64,000 bases of DNA from Rhodothermales bacterium (GCA_028278205.1 JANQES010000082.1:3708-67707); one strand, 5' to 3'. Shown: positions 7,865-17,479, counted from the stretch's first letter. Program-made: numbers and translations. The notes: generated by a model from the letters alone, not told the origin.

Positions 7865-10630
7865 ATGCGATATCGAATTGCTATCCTCACCCTCGGTCTG
7901 TTGGTGAGCGTGCCGCTGGCCGCCACCGCGCAAGACATGGACCCGATGCCGTCGGCGCTGCCGGACATCCCCTACGAACGGTTCGTCCTCGACAACGGCC
8001 TGACGCTCATCGTCCACGAAGATCGTAAGGCGCCCATCGTGGCGGTCAATGTGTGGTATCACGTCGGGTCGAAAAACGAGCCGGAGGGCCGGTCGGGCTT
8101 TGCTCACCTCTTCGAGCACCTGATGTTCAACGGCTCGGAGAACTTCGACGACGACTACTTCCAGGCCCTCGAACGCGTCGGCGCCACCGACCTCAACGGC
8201 ACGACCAACCGCGACCGCACCAACTATTTCCAGAACGTGCCCACCAACGCTCTCGACCTGGCCATGTGGATGGAATCGGACCGCATGGGGCACCTCCTCG
8301 GCGCTATCGACCAGGAGAAACTCGATGAGCAGCGCGGCGTGGTGCAGAACGAAAAACGCCAGGGCGAAAACCAGCCCTACGGCCAGGTCTTCAACAAAAT
8401 CACCGACGCCACCTACCCCGACGGCCACCCCTACGCGCACACGGTCATCGGCTCGATGGACGACCTCAACGCCGCCGCGCTCGAAGACGTGCAAGAGTGG
8501 TTCAAGACGTATTACGGCCCCAGCAACGCCGTGGTCGTCGTCGCCGGAGACATCGACGCGCAGACGGCCAAAACGATGGCCGAGAAGTATTTCGGCGACA
8601 TCCCGCCCGGCCCGCCGGTGTCGCACTTCGACACGTGGGTGGCCAAGCGCACCGGCGAGCAGCGCGAGGTGATGCAAGACCGCGTGCCGCAAGCGCGCGT
8701 CTACAAAGTCTGGAACGTACCCGAAGTCTACTCGGAAGACTACCACCGCCTCAACCTCGTCTCCGGCATCCTTACGAGAGGCAAAAACTCGCGCCTCTAC
8801 AAACGCCTCGTCTATGAGGATCAGATCGCCACGGACGTAGGCGCGTTTCTCTACAGCGGCGAGATCGGCAGCCAGTTTATCATCCAGGCGACGGCTCGAC
8901 CGGGGCAGGATCTGGCCGAAGTCGAACGCGTGCTCGACGAAGAACTGGCACGGCTGCTGGCCGAGGGACCGACACAGCAAGAACTCGACCGCGTCAAAAC
9001 GCAGGATAAAGCCAGCTTCATCCGGGGGATCGAACGCATCGGCGGCTTCGGCGGCAAGTCGGATATCCTGGCCTACGGCGAGGTCTACGGCGGCACGCCG
9101 GAAGCCTATAAAAAGACCTTCTTCGACAAAGAAAACGCCTCGACGACCGACGTCCGGCAGACCGCCCAGGAGTGGCTCTCCGACGGCGTCTACGTGCTGG
9201 AAGTGCATCCCTTCCCCGAATTGAGCGCCGCCGCCGAAGGCGCCGACCGTTCGGGGTTGCCCGACGTCGATACGCCGCCGGAGGCCGTCTTCCCGGCGAT
9301 GCAAAAAGCGGAACTCTCCAACGGCCTGAAAATCATCCTGGCCGAACGCCACGCCGCCCCGGTCGTCGAATTCTCGATGATCGTCGATGCCGGCTATGCA
9401 GCCGACCAGGGCGGCATCCCCGGCACGGCCAGCCTCGCGATGAATATGCTCGACGAAGGCGCCGCCGGCATGTCGTCCCTCGAAATCAACGAAGCGCTGA
9501 CGATGCTCGGCGCCAACCTCGGCAGTGGCTCCAACCTCGACGCATCGGTGGTGTCGCTCTCGGCGCTCAAAGAGAACCTGGCCGCCAGCCTCGATCTTTA
9601 CGCCAACGTGATCCTGAGTCCGGACTTCCCGCAGAACGAACTCGACCGCCTCAAGCAAGAACAACTGGCGCGGATCCAACGCGAGAAGGTTACGCCTGTG
9701 CAGATGGCGCTGCGCGTATTTCCGAAGCTGCTCTACGGCGAAGGCCACGCCTACAGCCTCCCGCTGACCGGCTCCGGCTCTGAAGCCTCGGTCAGCAGCC
9801 TCACCCGCGACCACCTCGCCGGCTTCCACCAGACGTGGTTCAAACCCAACAACGCCACGCTGGTCGTCGTCGGCGACGTGACGATGGCCGAGTTGAGGCC
9901 GCTGCTGGAAGGGCGCTTCGCCTCCTGGCAGCGCGGCAACACGCCCGCCAAAAACATCGCCGAAGTAGCCCATAAACCGGCGCCGACGATCTATCTGATG
10001 GACCGGCCCGGCGCGCAACAATCGATCATCTTTGCCGGGCACGTGGCCCCGCCGACGAACAACCCGAACGAGATGGCTATCGAGACGATGAACACGCTCC
10101 TCGGCGGCGCTTTCACCTCGCGCATCAACATGAACCTGCGCGAGGATAAGAGCTGGTCGTACGGCGCCTTCAGCCTGCTCTTCGGCGCGCGCGGCCAGCG
10201 CCCGTTCATCGTCTACGCGCCGGTGCAAACCGACAAGACCAGCGAGTCGATGGCCGAGGTCGTCAGCGAACTCCAGGGCATCCTGGGCGACGCCCCGCCG
10301 ACCGAAGAGGAGGTGCTCAAAGCGCAGCAAAACCAGACGCTGACGCTGGCCGGCCAGTGGGAGACCAACAACGCCGTCGAGGGCTCGATCAGCCAGATCG
10401 TCCAGTACAACCTGCCCGACGATTACTTCGACACCTACACCGAGCGCATCCAGGCGCTCAACGTCAGCCAGGTTTCGGCAGCGGCGCAGCAGGTCGTCAA
10501 ACCCGGCAACCTCGTCTGGGTCGTCGTCGGCGATCGTTCGTTGATCGAATCGAAGATCCGCGATCTGAACCTCGGCGAGATCTTCGTGATGGATAGCAAC
10601 GGCAACGTCATCGACGGCGGCACGCAGTGA
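7865..10630 (+). CDS. M16-family (pitrilysin/insulinase-like) zinc peptidase, fused active and inactive halves
   Basis: 921 aa. Signal peptide. Inverted zinc motif HLFEHLMFNGS. Second M16-like half lacks HxxEH. Confidence 0.9.
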   Translation: MRYRIAILTLGLLVSVPLAATAQDMDPMPSALPDIPYERFVLDNGLTLIVHEDRKAPIVAVNVWYHVGSKNEPEGRSGFAHLFEHLMFNGSENFDDDYFQALERVGATDLNGTTNRDRTNYFQNVPTNALDLAMWMESDRMGHLLGAIDQEKLDEQRGVVQNEKRQGENQPYGQVFNKITDATYPDGHPYAHTVIGSMDDLNAAALEDVQEWFKTYYGPSNAVVVVAGDIDAQTAKTMAEKYFGDIPPGPPVSHFDTWVAKRTGEQREVMQDRVPQARVYKVWNVPEVYSEDYHRLNLVSGILTRGKNSRLYKRLVYEDQIATDVGAFLYSGEIGSQFIIQATARPGQDLAEVERVLDEELARLLAEGPTQQELDRVKTQDKASFIRGIERIGGFGGKSDILAYGEVYGGTPEAYKKTFFDKENASTTDVRQTAQEWLSDGVYVLEVHPFPELSAAAEGADRSGLPDVDTPPEAVFPAMQKAELSNGLKIILAERHAAPVVEFSMIVDAGYAADQGGIPGTASLAMNMLDEGAAGMSSLEINEALTMLGANLGSGSNLDASVVSLSALKENLAASLDLYANVILSPDFPQNELDRLKQEQLARIQREKVTPVQMALRVFPKLLYGEGHAYSLPLTGSGSEASVSSLTRDHLAGFHQTWFKPNNATLVVVGDVTMAELRPLLEGRFASWQRGNTPAKNIAEVAHKPAPTIYLMDRPGAQQSIIFAGHVAPPTNNPNEMAIETMNTLLGGAFTSRINMNLREDKSWSYGAFSLLFGARGQRPFIVYAPVQTDKTSESMAEVVSELQGILGDAPPTEEEVLKAQQNQTLTLAGQWETNNAVEGSISQIVQYNLPDDYFDTYTERIQALNVSQVSAAAQQVVKPGNLVWVVVGDRSLIESKIRDLNLGEIFVMDSNGNVIDGGTQ

Positions 10631-10632
10631 TG

Positions 10633-10660
10633 TTCTAAAAATCCTGGCGGATTTTTAGAA
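10633..10660 (+). terminator. Palindrome with TGGC loop after the M16 peptidase gene
   Basis: ttctaaaaatcc tggc ggatttttagaa. Same architecture as 61335-61362. Confidence 0.55.
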
Positions 10661-11266
10661 ATGGGGTGTAAGAAAAGCCCGCGCTGGGGGGACCGGCGCG
10701 GGCTTCTTCATTCGATCGATGCTGCTCAACGAGCAAAGGTGCATGCTTGTCGGAGTGAGCCACGCACCTGCTTAGCTAGCTGTGATTGTTATGCGCGACT
10801 ACGGAACACACGGGCAATGGCAGGCCAAGCATTTCGACAGAACCGCATTCGTGCGGTTTGATCGACGTGGTCGGCTTTTTTTATGTCATACAAGAAAGGC
10901 CCGGCGCTCGGTGCCCTCCCGTTAAACCGGGCTATCGACGAGGTTGGCAGACCAACGACAGCCCTCAGCCAGGATCCAACCATGAACACGCCACAGAAGA
11001 CCCCGGCTTTAGACGCTAACGACCACTGGGTCATAAAAGTGCCCAAGTGGGTAGGCCGCGAACTCCTGCGCGCGATTCTTTACATCGGCGGCTCGCAAGT
11101 GGTAGCGCATTTGCTGCCGCTGCTGTTTGGGAGATGATGTCAAATCGGGATTATTATCGGCCCGAAAGTACACTCCGTTCGTCACACGAGCGAAGCGGCT
11201 GACGAAGTAAACGGGGTCTGAGGCGGTGGGTCTCATGCAACGACCTTTTTATTACCCCGACCTCTC

Positions 11267-11436
11267 AGCCCCGTAGGGGCGTCCTGTTTGTAGCACCGCG
11301 CTCCCCAAAAAACAAAAAGCTCCGTAGGAGCGACCTGTTCTGGAGCATCCGTCTTGTGCGCTCTGAACAGGCCGCTCCTACGGAGCTTGCATTGAGCAAG
11401 CGCGGTTTTCTACAAACAGGACGCCCCTACGGGGCT
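11267..11436. repeat. 170-bp nested double palindrome (REP/MITE-like)
   Basis: Outer arms agccccgtaggggcgtcctgtttgtag / ctacaaacaggacgcccctacggggct. Inner arms agctccgtaggagcgacctgttc / gaacaggccgctcctacggagct. Confidence 0.8.
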
Positions 11437-11542
11437 GGCTAAACCGACGTTTGGACGTGTTGAGGACGAGTCGGAGAGTCTGTGAGCCAGAGAGCCGGGG
11501 ATTTTTCACCGATTCCCCGACTCTCCGACTCATGAAATCAAT

Positions 11543-12823
11543 TTACAAGCTGCCGTCGCCAGCGGGCTTTTCCTCCACCTTGACCTCGCCGCTGGGCGGC
11601 TGCGGCGTGGAGGCCGCGCGGCTGAGCATACCGGCGATGTCGATGCCCGTCGAGGCTTTCAGGCTTTCGAGCAGCGCGGGCGTCGAGCCGGCGATCTGGT
11701 TGAAGACCGACGGCACGCCGGAGCCCTGGCCGCTATCGACCACGGTGAGCTTGTCGATCTGCAAGTTATCGACCGTCTGGACGACCTGCGAGAGGATGTC
11801 CGGGAGCATCTGAATGAGGAAGAGGCGTTCGGCGTCGGAGCCGGCTTCTTGCCAGAGCGACAGCTTCTGCCGCAGCACCTCGACCTCGGCCTGCCCGTCT
11901 TCGAGGATCCGCGCGGCGTTGCCCTTGGCGATCTCCTCTTTGGCCAGGCGCTCGGCCTCGGCGGCGACGACCACCTCGGCGCGCTGCCGTTTCTCGGCTA
12001 GCTTGATTTCTTCCTCGGCCAGTTCCTGCTTGGCCTGCGCTTCGGCTACGTCTGCCGCCACTTCAATCTTGGCTTCCTCGGCATGCGCCTTGGCCGCGAG
12101 TTGCGCTTTCAGGATGCGCACCTCGTTCTCGGCCTGCACGATGCTTTTGTCGGCAGCGGCTTCGGCCAGGCGGGCCTGCTCGTTCTTCTGCGCCTCGGCG
12201 ATTTCCGCCGCCGAGATGATGTGCGCGGTCTGCTGCCGCCCGATGGCGTCGAGGTAGCCCCGGTCGTCTTCGACGCTCTGGATCTTGAGCGTATCGAGTT
12301 GGAGGCCGAGGGCGCTGAGGTCGTTGTCGGCTTCGGCCAGCAGTTCTTTGGCAAACTTGAGACGGTCTTCGTTGACCTCTTCGGGCGTCAGCGAGGCCAG
12401 CACGCCGCGCAGGTTGCCCTCCATCGTCTCTTTGGCGATGGCCTGGATCTCGCCCAGGTTTTTGCCGAGCAGGCGTTCTACCGCGTTCGCCAGTTCCGCC
12501 TCGTTGGAGGCCACCTTGACGTTGGCAATGGCACGCACCGTCAGCGGGATACCGCCTTTCGAGTAGGCATTCGTCACCGTCAGGTCGATGGGGATGGTGT
12601 TGAGACGCAGGCGGTCTACCTTTTCGAAGAGCGGGATGCGGAAGCCGCGCCCGCCCTGCACGACGCGATACCCGACCGACGTGCCGTCGGTAAGCTGCCG
12701 GTTCCGGCCACTGAAGATAAGCACCTCGTTGGGTTGGCAAATCTTGAGGTTGGCCCGGATGATCCCGATGATCGCCATAATGCCGGCGATGATGACTGCT
12801 GCAACAGCCAGAATAGTTTCCAT
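11543..12823 (-). CDS. Flotillin-like SPFH/band-7 protein
   Basis: GGAGG RBS before ATG 12823. N-terminal TM, an SPFH domain, then an Ala/Glu-rich coiled coil (AEIAEAQKNEQARLAEAAA...) typical of flotillins. Confidence 0.88.
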   Translation of the reverse strand: METILAVAAVIIAGIMAIIGIIRANLKICQPNEVLIFSGRNRQLTDGTSVGYRVVQGGRGFRIPLFEKVDRLRLNTIPIDLTVTNAYSKGGIPLTVRAIANVKVASNEAELANAVERLLGKNLGEIQAIAKETMEGNLRGVLASLTPEEVNEDRLKFAKELLAEADNDLSALGLQLDTLKIQSVEDDRGYLDAIGRQQTAHIISAAEIAEAQKNEQARLAEAAADKSIVQAENEVRILKAQLAAKAHAEEAKIEVAADVAEAQAKQELAEEEIKLAEKRQRAEVVVAAEAERLAKEEIAKGNAARILEDGQAEVEVLRQKLSLWQEAGSDAERLFLIQMLPDILSQVVQTVDNLQIDKLTVVDSGQGSGVPSVFNQIAGSTPALLESLKASTGIDIAGMLSRAASTPQPPSGEVKVEEKPAGDGSL

Positions 12824-12920
12824 GGAAGTACCTCCTTCATTTATGAGAGACGCCGCATCCGGATGCCGGCGTGTTATCTTCAGTAAAGAACAAGCAGCGG
12901 GCAGGGTTCCGGAAGCCCGC

Positions 12921-13484
12921 TCACCTGCCCTCGACACGCTGGATAGCGAGCGCGTCGAGGTGAAGGCCGAGCCTCCGCAAATCGGCGGCGGCGGTAACCA
13001 TCACATCATAGATAAACTTGACCCGATCGTTGCTGACGGCGTCGGGCGGCCACGCGGCCAGTGTGTTGCGCAGATTGCCTTCGAGCACCTCTCGCGCCAC
13101 GGCCCCGATCTCCTGCGGGCTTTTGCTAAGAAACCGCTCGATGGCATTCGCCAAAACACTCTCTTCAGAGCCCACCTTGACGGCGGCGGTAGCATACACC
13201 GTCAGCGATGAGCCGTCTTTTGTATATCCGTTCTTGATCTCCAGGTTTAGCGGTATCACGTTCAGCGAGAGCCGATCCACCCGTTCGAGCAGGGGAATAC
13301 GGAAACCACGCCCACCCTGAATAACCCGATAGCCGACGATGGTGCCGTCGGGAAGTTGGCGTTGCCGGCCACTGAAGATGAGCACTTCATCCGGCTTGCA
13401 GATCTTAAGATTGGTTCCGATGATCACGATGATCGCCAAAAGGCCAATGATATAGACGGCCCCTATAATCGCAAAAGTTTCCAT
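12921..13484 (-). CDS. Short SPFH-domain paralog (187 aa)
   Basis: The N-terminal ~120 aa align colinearly with the flotillin gene downstream (NLKICxPxEVLIFSGRxRQLxDGTxVGYRVxQGGRGFRIPL). It lacks the coiled-coil tail. Confidence 0.8.
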   Translation of the reverse strand: METFAIIGAVYIIGLLAIIVIIGTNLKICKPDEVLIFSGRQRQLPDGTIVGYRVIQGGRGFRIPLLERVDRLSLNVIPLNLEIKNGYTKDGSSLTVYATAAVKVGSEESVLANAIERFLSKSPQEIGAVAREVLEGNLRNTLAAWPPDAVSNDRVKFIYDVMVTAAADLRRLGLHLDALAIQRVEGR

Positions 13485-13490
13485 ACGCCC

Positions 13491-14153
13491 TCACGACGGT
13501 TTGACGACTTCGGCCACGCGCCCGTCTACCCGCACAACGACCACCTCGTCGCCGGGCTCAAACGTCTCGTCTTCTTCTTCGAAAGCGCGAGCCACCAGTT
13601 GCAGGCGTTGCCCTTTGCTGACCAGGGTGATCTTGCCCTGATCGGTGTTGTCGAAGGGGATGATCACTTTGCCCGTGCGCCCTTTCAGATCGACAGACGT
13701 GACGGTGCTCGAAACGTGAGCATACCCGATGCTCTTGATGATATAATTACCGCCCAGGCCCACAATGGCGCCGGTCAGGAATGAGAGGATGGCCGTCACC
13801 GGCTCGCCGGTCTGCAGCCACGTCAGAAGCACACCTGTCAGGCCGAAGAACGCGGCAAAGAGAAACAGCGCCCGGAGCGTGAACAGATCGATGAAACCCG
13901 GCCCGGCGCCCAGGCCGCCGGCACCGGCATCCGCTTCCACGTCGGCATCAACATCGACATCCATGTCGGCGTCAGCATCGAAATCTACGTCGGCATCGAC
14001 GTCGAAATCCACGTCGGCATCGATGTCAAAATCCACATCGACGTCCGCGTCGAAGTCCACGTCGGCGTCGGCTTCGGAGTCGGCGCCGCCGAAGATGGAG
14101 AGCAGCACAAAAAAGCCGCCCACAATCAAACTGATCCAGTAGACGGGGTCCAT
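13491..14153 (-). CDS. NfeD-like membrane protein with C-terminal OB-fold and an internal (D-x)n acidic repeat
   Basis: GGAGG RBS and TM helices. C-terminal [10 protein letters not shown]...GKITLV...[16 protein letters not shown] resembles the NfeD OB domain. It sits 6 nt upstream of the SPFH gene. Confidence 0.8.
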   Translation of the reverse strand: MDPVYWISLIVGGFFVLLSIFGGADSEADADVDFDADVDVDFDIDADVDFDVDADVDFDADADMDVDVDADVEADAGAGGLGAGPGFIDLFTLRALFLFAAFFGLTGVLLTWLQTGEPVTAILSFLTGAIVGLGGNYIIKSIGYAHVSSTVTSVDLKGRTGKVIIPFDNTDQGKITLVSKGQRLQLVARAFEEEDETFEPGDEVVVVRVDGRVAEVVKPS

Positions 14154-14271
14154 GATGCCTCCTGCGTTTGGTTACAATTCAACAGTACGCGGCGAAAAAC
14201 ACCCCTGTTACGATTCCGGTGGAGTTCACAGAGGCTTAACTTGTAAAGAATAAGACATTTCACCCCAATAG

Positions 14272-14306
14272 AAAAGCCGCTTCCCGACTTTCGGGAAGCG
14301 GCTTTT
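14272..14306 (-). terminator. Intrinsic terminator-like hairpin downstream of glnK
   Basis: aaaagccgcttcccg acttt cgggaagcggctttt, with A/T runs on both sides. Confidence 0.7.
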
Positions 14307-14324
14307 CTAAACGGTCAAAATTCA

Positions 14325-14675
14325 TCAGGCAACCGGCGTGACGGCGGCGGTGTCTACTTCGGCGGTGCGGATGCGAACGACTTGTTCGACCGGCAACACG
14401 AAGATCTTGCCGTCGCCGACTTCGCCGGTGCGGGCCGCCCCGAGGATAGCCTCGATGGTCGGTTCGACGAAATGGTCGGAGACGCCGATGTCGAGCATCA
14501 CCTTTTCGGTCAGTTCCATCTTGACCGTGGTGCCGCGATAGGTTTCGACGACTTCGGTTTCGCCGCCGTGGCCGCGCACGTCCGTGACGGTCAGGCCGCG
14601 CACTTCAGTCCGGTAAAGGGCCTTCAGCACGTCGCCCAATTTATCCTTGCGAATGATGGCTTTGATTAGCTTCAT
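14325..14675 (-). CDS. glnK: P-II nitrogen regulatory protein
   Basis: 116 aa. MKLIKAIIR...T-loop...GDGKIFVLPVEQVVRIRT is the canonical P-II pattern. It is adjacent to an Amt transporter. Confidence 0.93.
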   Translation of the reverse strand: MKLIKAIIRKDKLGDVLKALYRTEVRGLTVTDVRGHGGETEVVETYRGTTVKMELTEKVMLDIGVSDHFVEPTIEAILGAARTGEVGDGKIFVLPVEQVVRIRTAEVDTAAVTPVA

Positions 14676-14720
14676 GGCGGTAGAGGAGTTAGGAAATGTT
14701 TCGCTAAAAAGGCAGGATTT

Positions 14721-14795
14721 ATGAAACGTAAAACGTGAGGGTGCTTTTAGAAACGGTTCAGCGAAGCTCCCTCACGTTTCACGTTTCACGTTCAT
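14721..14795. repeat. Intercistronic hairpin with AACGTGA-word arms between amtB and glnK
   Basis: atgaaacgtaaaacgtgagggtgc / gctccctcacgtttcacgtttcacgttcat. The right arm overlaps the amtB stop codon. Confidence 0.75.
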
Positions 14796-16165
14796 GCTAA
14801 CGTCGGCTCTTTCTTGGCTTTGCCGTTGGTGTTGACGACCACGGGAGCTTCGTCGTCGAGCAGCAGCACGGCGCCTTCGCCGGAGGTGTAGGCTTCCTCG
14901 CCGTGGTTGGCGATGTCCATGCCCATGCCTTCTTCTTTCACGTCGGCGCGGATCTTCATCACGAAGCTCATCCCCTTGAGGATGACGAACGTTAGCCCGC
15001 CGCTGTAGAGCGCCACGACGGCCACCGAGAGGACCTGTACGCCAAACTGCTCGAAGTTGCCGTAGAGCAGCCCGTCGGCGCTGCCGTTGACCGCCGCCGA
15101 GGCAAAGACGCCGGTGAGCAAGGCGCCGGTGAGACCGCCGATGCCGTGCGCCGCGAAAACGTCGAGCGAGTCGTCGAGGCGGGTGCGCGCGCGCCAGTTG
15201 ATGATGAAGTAGCTCGGCACCGCCGCGATGCCGCCGAGCACGAGCGCGAACATCGGCGAGATGAACCCGGCAGCCGGCGTGATGGCCACGAGCCCGACGA
15301 CGATGCCCGTGGCCACACCCACAGCGGTGATCTTCTGCGTGCGGGCATAGTCGAGCAGCGTCCAGACGACCAGCGTAGCCGCCGGCGCCAACATCGTGTT
15401 GACAAAGGCCAGGGCCGCCACGCCGTCGGAAGCCAGCGCGCTGCCGCCGTTGAAACCGAACCAGCCGAACCACAGCAGGCCGGCCCCCAGAAGCACGTAC
15501 GGCACGTTGTGCGGCAAGAGCGCCTGACGCCCGTAGTCTTTGCGCGTGCCCAGCATCAGGGCCGCCACCACGGCTGCCGCGCCGGCGTTGACGTGAACCA
15601 CCGCGCCGCCGGCAAAGTCGAGCGCGCCCAGGCTACCGAGCCAGCCGCCGCCCCACACCCAGTGGGCCACCGGCGCGTAGACGATCAGGCCCCACAGCGC
15701 GATAAACACGACATACGCCCCAAAGCGCATCCGCTCGACCACCGCGCCCGAAATCAGCGCCGCCGTGATGATGGCGAAGGTGCCCTGGAAGGCCATGAAC
15801 AGCATGTGCGGAATGGTGCCGTTGGGCTCGACGCCGACGCCGTTGAGGAAGGCCATCGAGAAATCGCCGATGAAGGCGTTGCCGCCGCCGAAGGCGATGG
15901 AATAGCCGAACATCGCCCAGAGCACACCCGCCACGCCGAGCGCGACGAAGCTCATCATCATCGTGTTGAGCGCATTTTTAGAACGGACCAGACCGCCGTA
16001 GAAGAACGCCAGCGCAGGCGTCATCAACAGCACCAGGGCTGTCGAGACGAGCAGCCAGGCCGTGTCGGAGGACGAGATGGCGGCTTCGGCCGCTTCCTGC
16101 GCAAAGGCAGACTCCGCTCCGGCAGCGAGCAATAAAACGGTGAGAAAGAAGAATCGGCGCATCAT
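14792..16165 (-). CDS. amtB: Ammonium transporter (Amt family)
   Basis: 457 aa. Signal peptide, 11 or more TM segments, and Amt signatures (AFFYGGLVRSKN, DFAGGAVVHVNAG, LDVFAAHGIGG). Confidence 0.93.
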   Translation of the reverse strand: MMRRFFFLTVLLLAAGAESAFAQEAAEAAISSSDTAWLLVSTALVLLMTPALAFFYGGLVRSKNALNTMMMSFVALGVAGVLWAMFGYSIAFGGGNAFIGDFSMAFLNGVGVEPNGTIPHMLFMAFQGTFAIITAALISGAVVERMRFGAYVVFIALWGLIVYAPVAHWVWGGGWLGSLGALDFAGGAVVHVNAGAAAVVAALMLGTRKDYGRQALLPHNVPYVLLGAGLLWFGWFGFNGGSALASDGVAALAFVNTMLAPAATLVVWTLLDYARTQKITAVGVATGIVVGLVAITPAAGFISPMFALVLGGIAAVPSYFIINWRARTRLDDSLDVFAAHGIGGLTGALLTGVFASAAVNGSADGLLYGNFEQFGVQVLSVAVVALYSGGLTFVILKGMSFVMKIRADVKEEGMGMDIANHGEEAYTSGEGAVLLLDDEAPVVVNTNGKAKKEPTLA

Positions 16166-16330
16166 GTTGATCGTGGCCAGTAGCCGTTAGTGAAGGTTTT
16201 GAGGCGAGATTCCAAAAACTAAAGGTGTTTATTTCATTTCGCAATACTTTTTTAATATAAAAAGCGCTTCCAAATCATCAACGGAGACAATCTTTGTCAT
16301 TTTCCTAAAAAAATTAGGCTTCTATCTAAA

Positions 16331-16376
16331 GAAAAAAGGCGTTGCCGCCATGAAACATGGCCGGGCGGCAACGCCT
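16331..16376 (-). terminator. Rho-independent terminator for the 16464-17249 gene
   Basis: On the minus strand, aggcgttgccgcc..ggcggcaacgcct is followed by TTTTTTC. Confidence 0.7.
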
Positions 16377-16463
16377 GAAATCCATGGAATGACTCCAATC
16401 TTTACGCAGTAAGAAGTAACAGCGGGCTCCCAAAACCACGTTCTAACAACTCGGCCTCCCGCC

Positions 16464-17249
16464 TTAAGAAGCGTCGTCTTTTTTGATTTTCGGCTTAACG
16501 TACTGCCGCTTACGCACCTCCCAAAATGCATAATGGCCCAGTACGCGACCCGCCATCGTTCGAGCTTCCTGCCTGCTCATGCTGATAGAAACACGTTTAC
16601 GATCACCACCTCGCTTGGGCCTGATATCCCCATCTTCTCCCAAGATGCCGGGCCCGGACGACACAGTAATCGAAACAGGCATACGACGGCCTGGATCATC
16701 CGTAATTGTCACGATCGTCGAAGTCACGCCTTCCTTAGTAGACCCTCCGTAAATATCAATCTTGGCTACCGTATCGCCCTGCTTACAGGCCACGTCGTAG
16801 AGCTTCGGATTCATATATCCGTGTTGAAAAAGATCGCGGAGGGGCACACGGAGTTTATGCGCATCCGCGTAGGCGGCCACGTCATCGCCATCATGATAGC
16901 CCATTCGGAAGTAGACCTTCCCGATATCAAGCACGTCGTACATGAACAGCCACGCTGTTCGTGCATAGGCATCACCGATCACGGTCAGCTTGCGTTTCGC
17001 TTTTTTTTCTTGTGTCTGCTCTCGGTTCGCCGCTTCTCTTCCCCCGGAAGGTCGCTCAACGGTGTGTCGTTGACTCTGTGGCGCCGAATCCACCCCCTGC
17101 CCGCCTCGCCTGCTGTGGGCCGGGTCATGTTGAGGCGCTCGCTGCCGTCTTTGATGCTGGATACCTTGGGGATATCCCGTAGACCGATCAGTTGGTTGCT
17201 GCATGATGTTTCCCTCTCTGTAGATACGTCTTGCCGAAAAGGTAGACAT
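16464..17249 (-). CDS. Hypothetical protein (Arg/Gln-rich disordered N-terminus plus a ~165-aa globular domain), in a low-GC islet
   Basis: 261-aa ORF with its own terminator. No family recognised. The start codon is uncertain (M1 or M16). Confidence 0.5.
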   Translation of the reverse strand: MSTFSARRIYREGNIMQQPTDRSTGYPQGIQHQRRQRAPQHDPAHSRRGGQGVDSAPQSQRHTVERPSGGREAANREQTQEKKAKRKLTVIGDAYARTAWLFMYDVLDIGKVYFRMGYHDGDDVAAYADAHKLRVPLRDLFQHGYMNPKLYDVACKQGDTVAKIDIYGGSTKEGVTSTIVTITDDPGRRMPVSITVSSGPGILGEDGDIRPKRGGDRKRVSISMSRQEARTMAGRVLGHYAFWEVRKRQYVKPKIKKDDAS

Positions 17250-17479
17250 CCATCACCGGATATCTACCTTTTTGAACGTATCATTCCAGAGTGACATCAC
17301 TATGTCATCATAGGGATGTGCTTCTATGCCCTCGATTACTCTTTTCAGCCTGGAAACAGGAAGCGTCGGTAGGAATATCAACGACTATTCCTGTCCGATC
17401 ACCATTGGGACGTTAAGTGGGCCGTGACGGCTGGAAAGCGAACCTGCTAAATCGAGAAGACGATCTATTCCGGGTAAAA

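Noticed and set aside
7673-10330. 885-aa minus-strand ORF.
   Set aside because: It is fully antisense to the M16 peptidase, whose HxxEH motif and signal peptide identify the real frame. The composition is low-complexity and Arg/Gly/Val-rich.
10883-11137. 84-aa plus-strand ORF in the long spacer after the M16 peptidase.
   Set aside because: There is no RBS, no recognisable motif and ambiguous coding bias. It is left unannotated. It could be real (a possible start at the internal MNTPQK), but I cannot support it.
17417-17479. GTG start at 17417 for the DUF4145 gene.
   Set aside because: The in-frame ATG at 17480 is preferred. The extra 21 residues have no support, though this cannot be settled from sequence alone.
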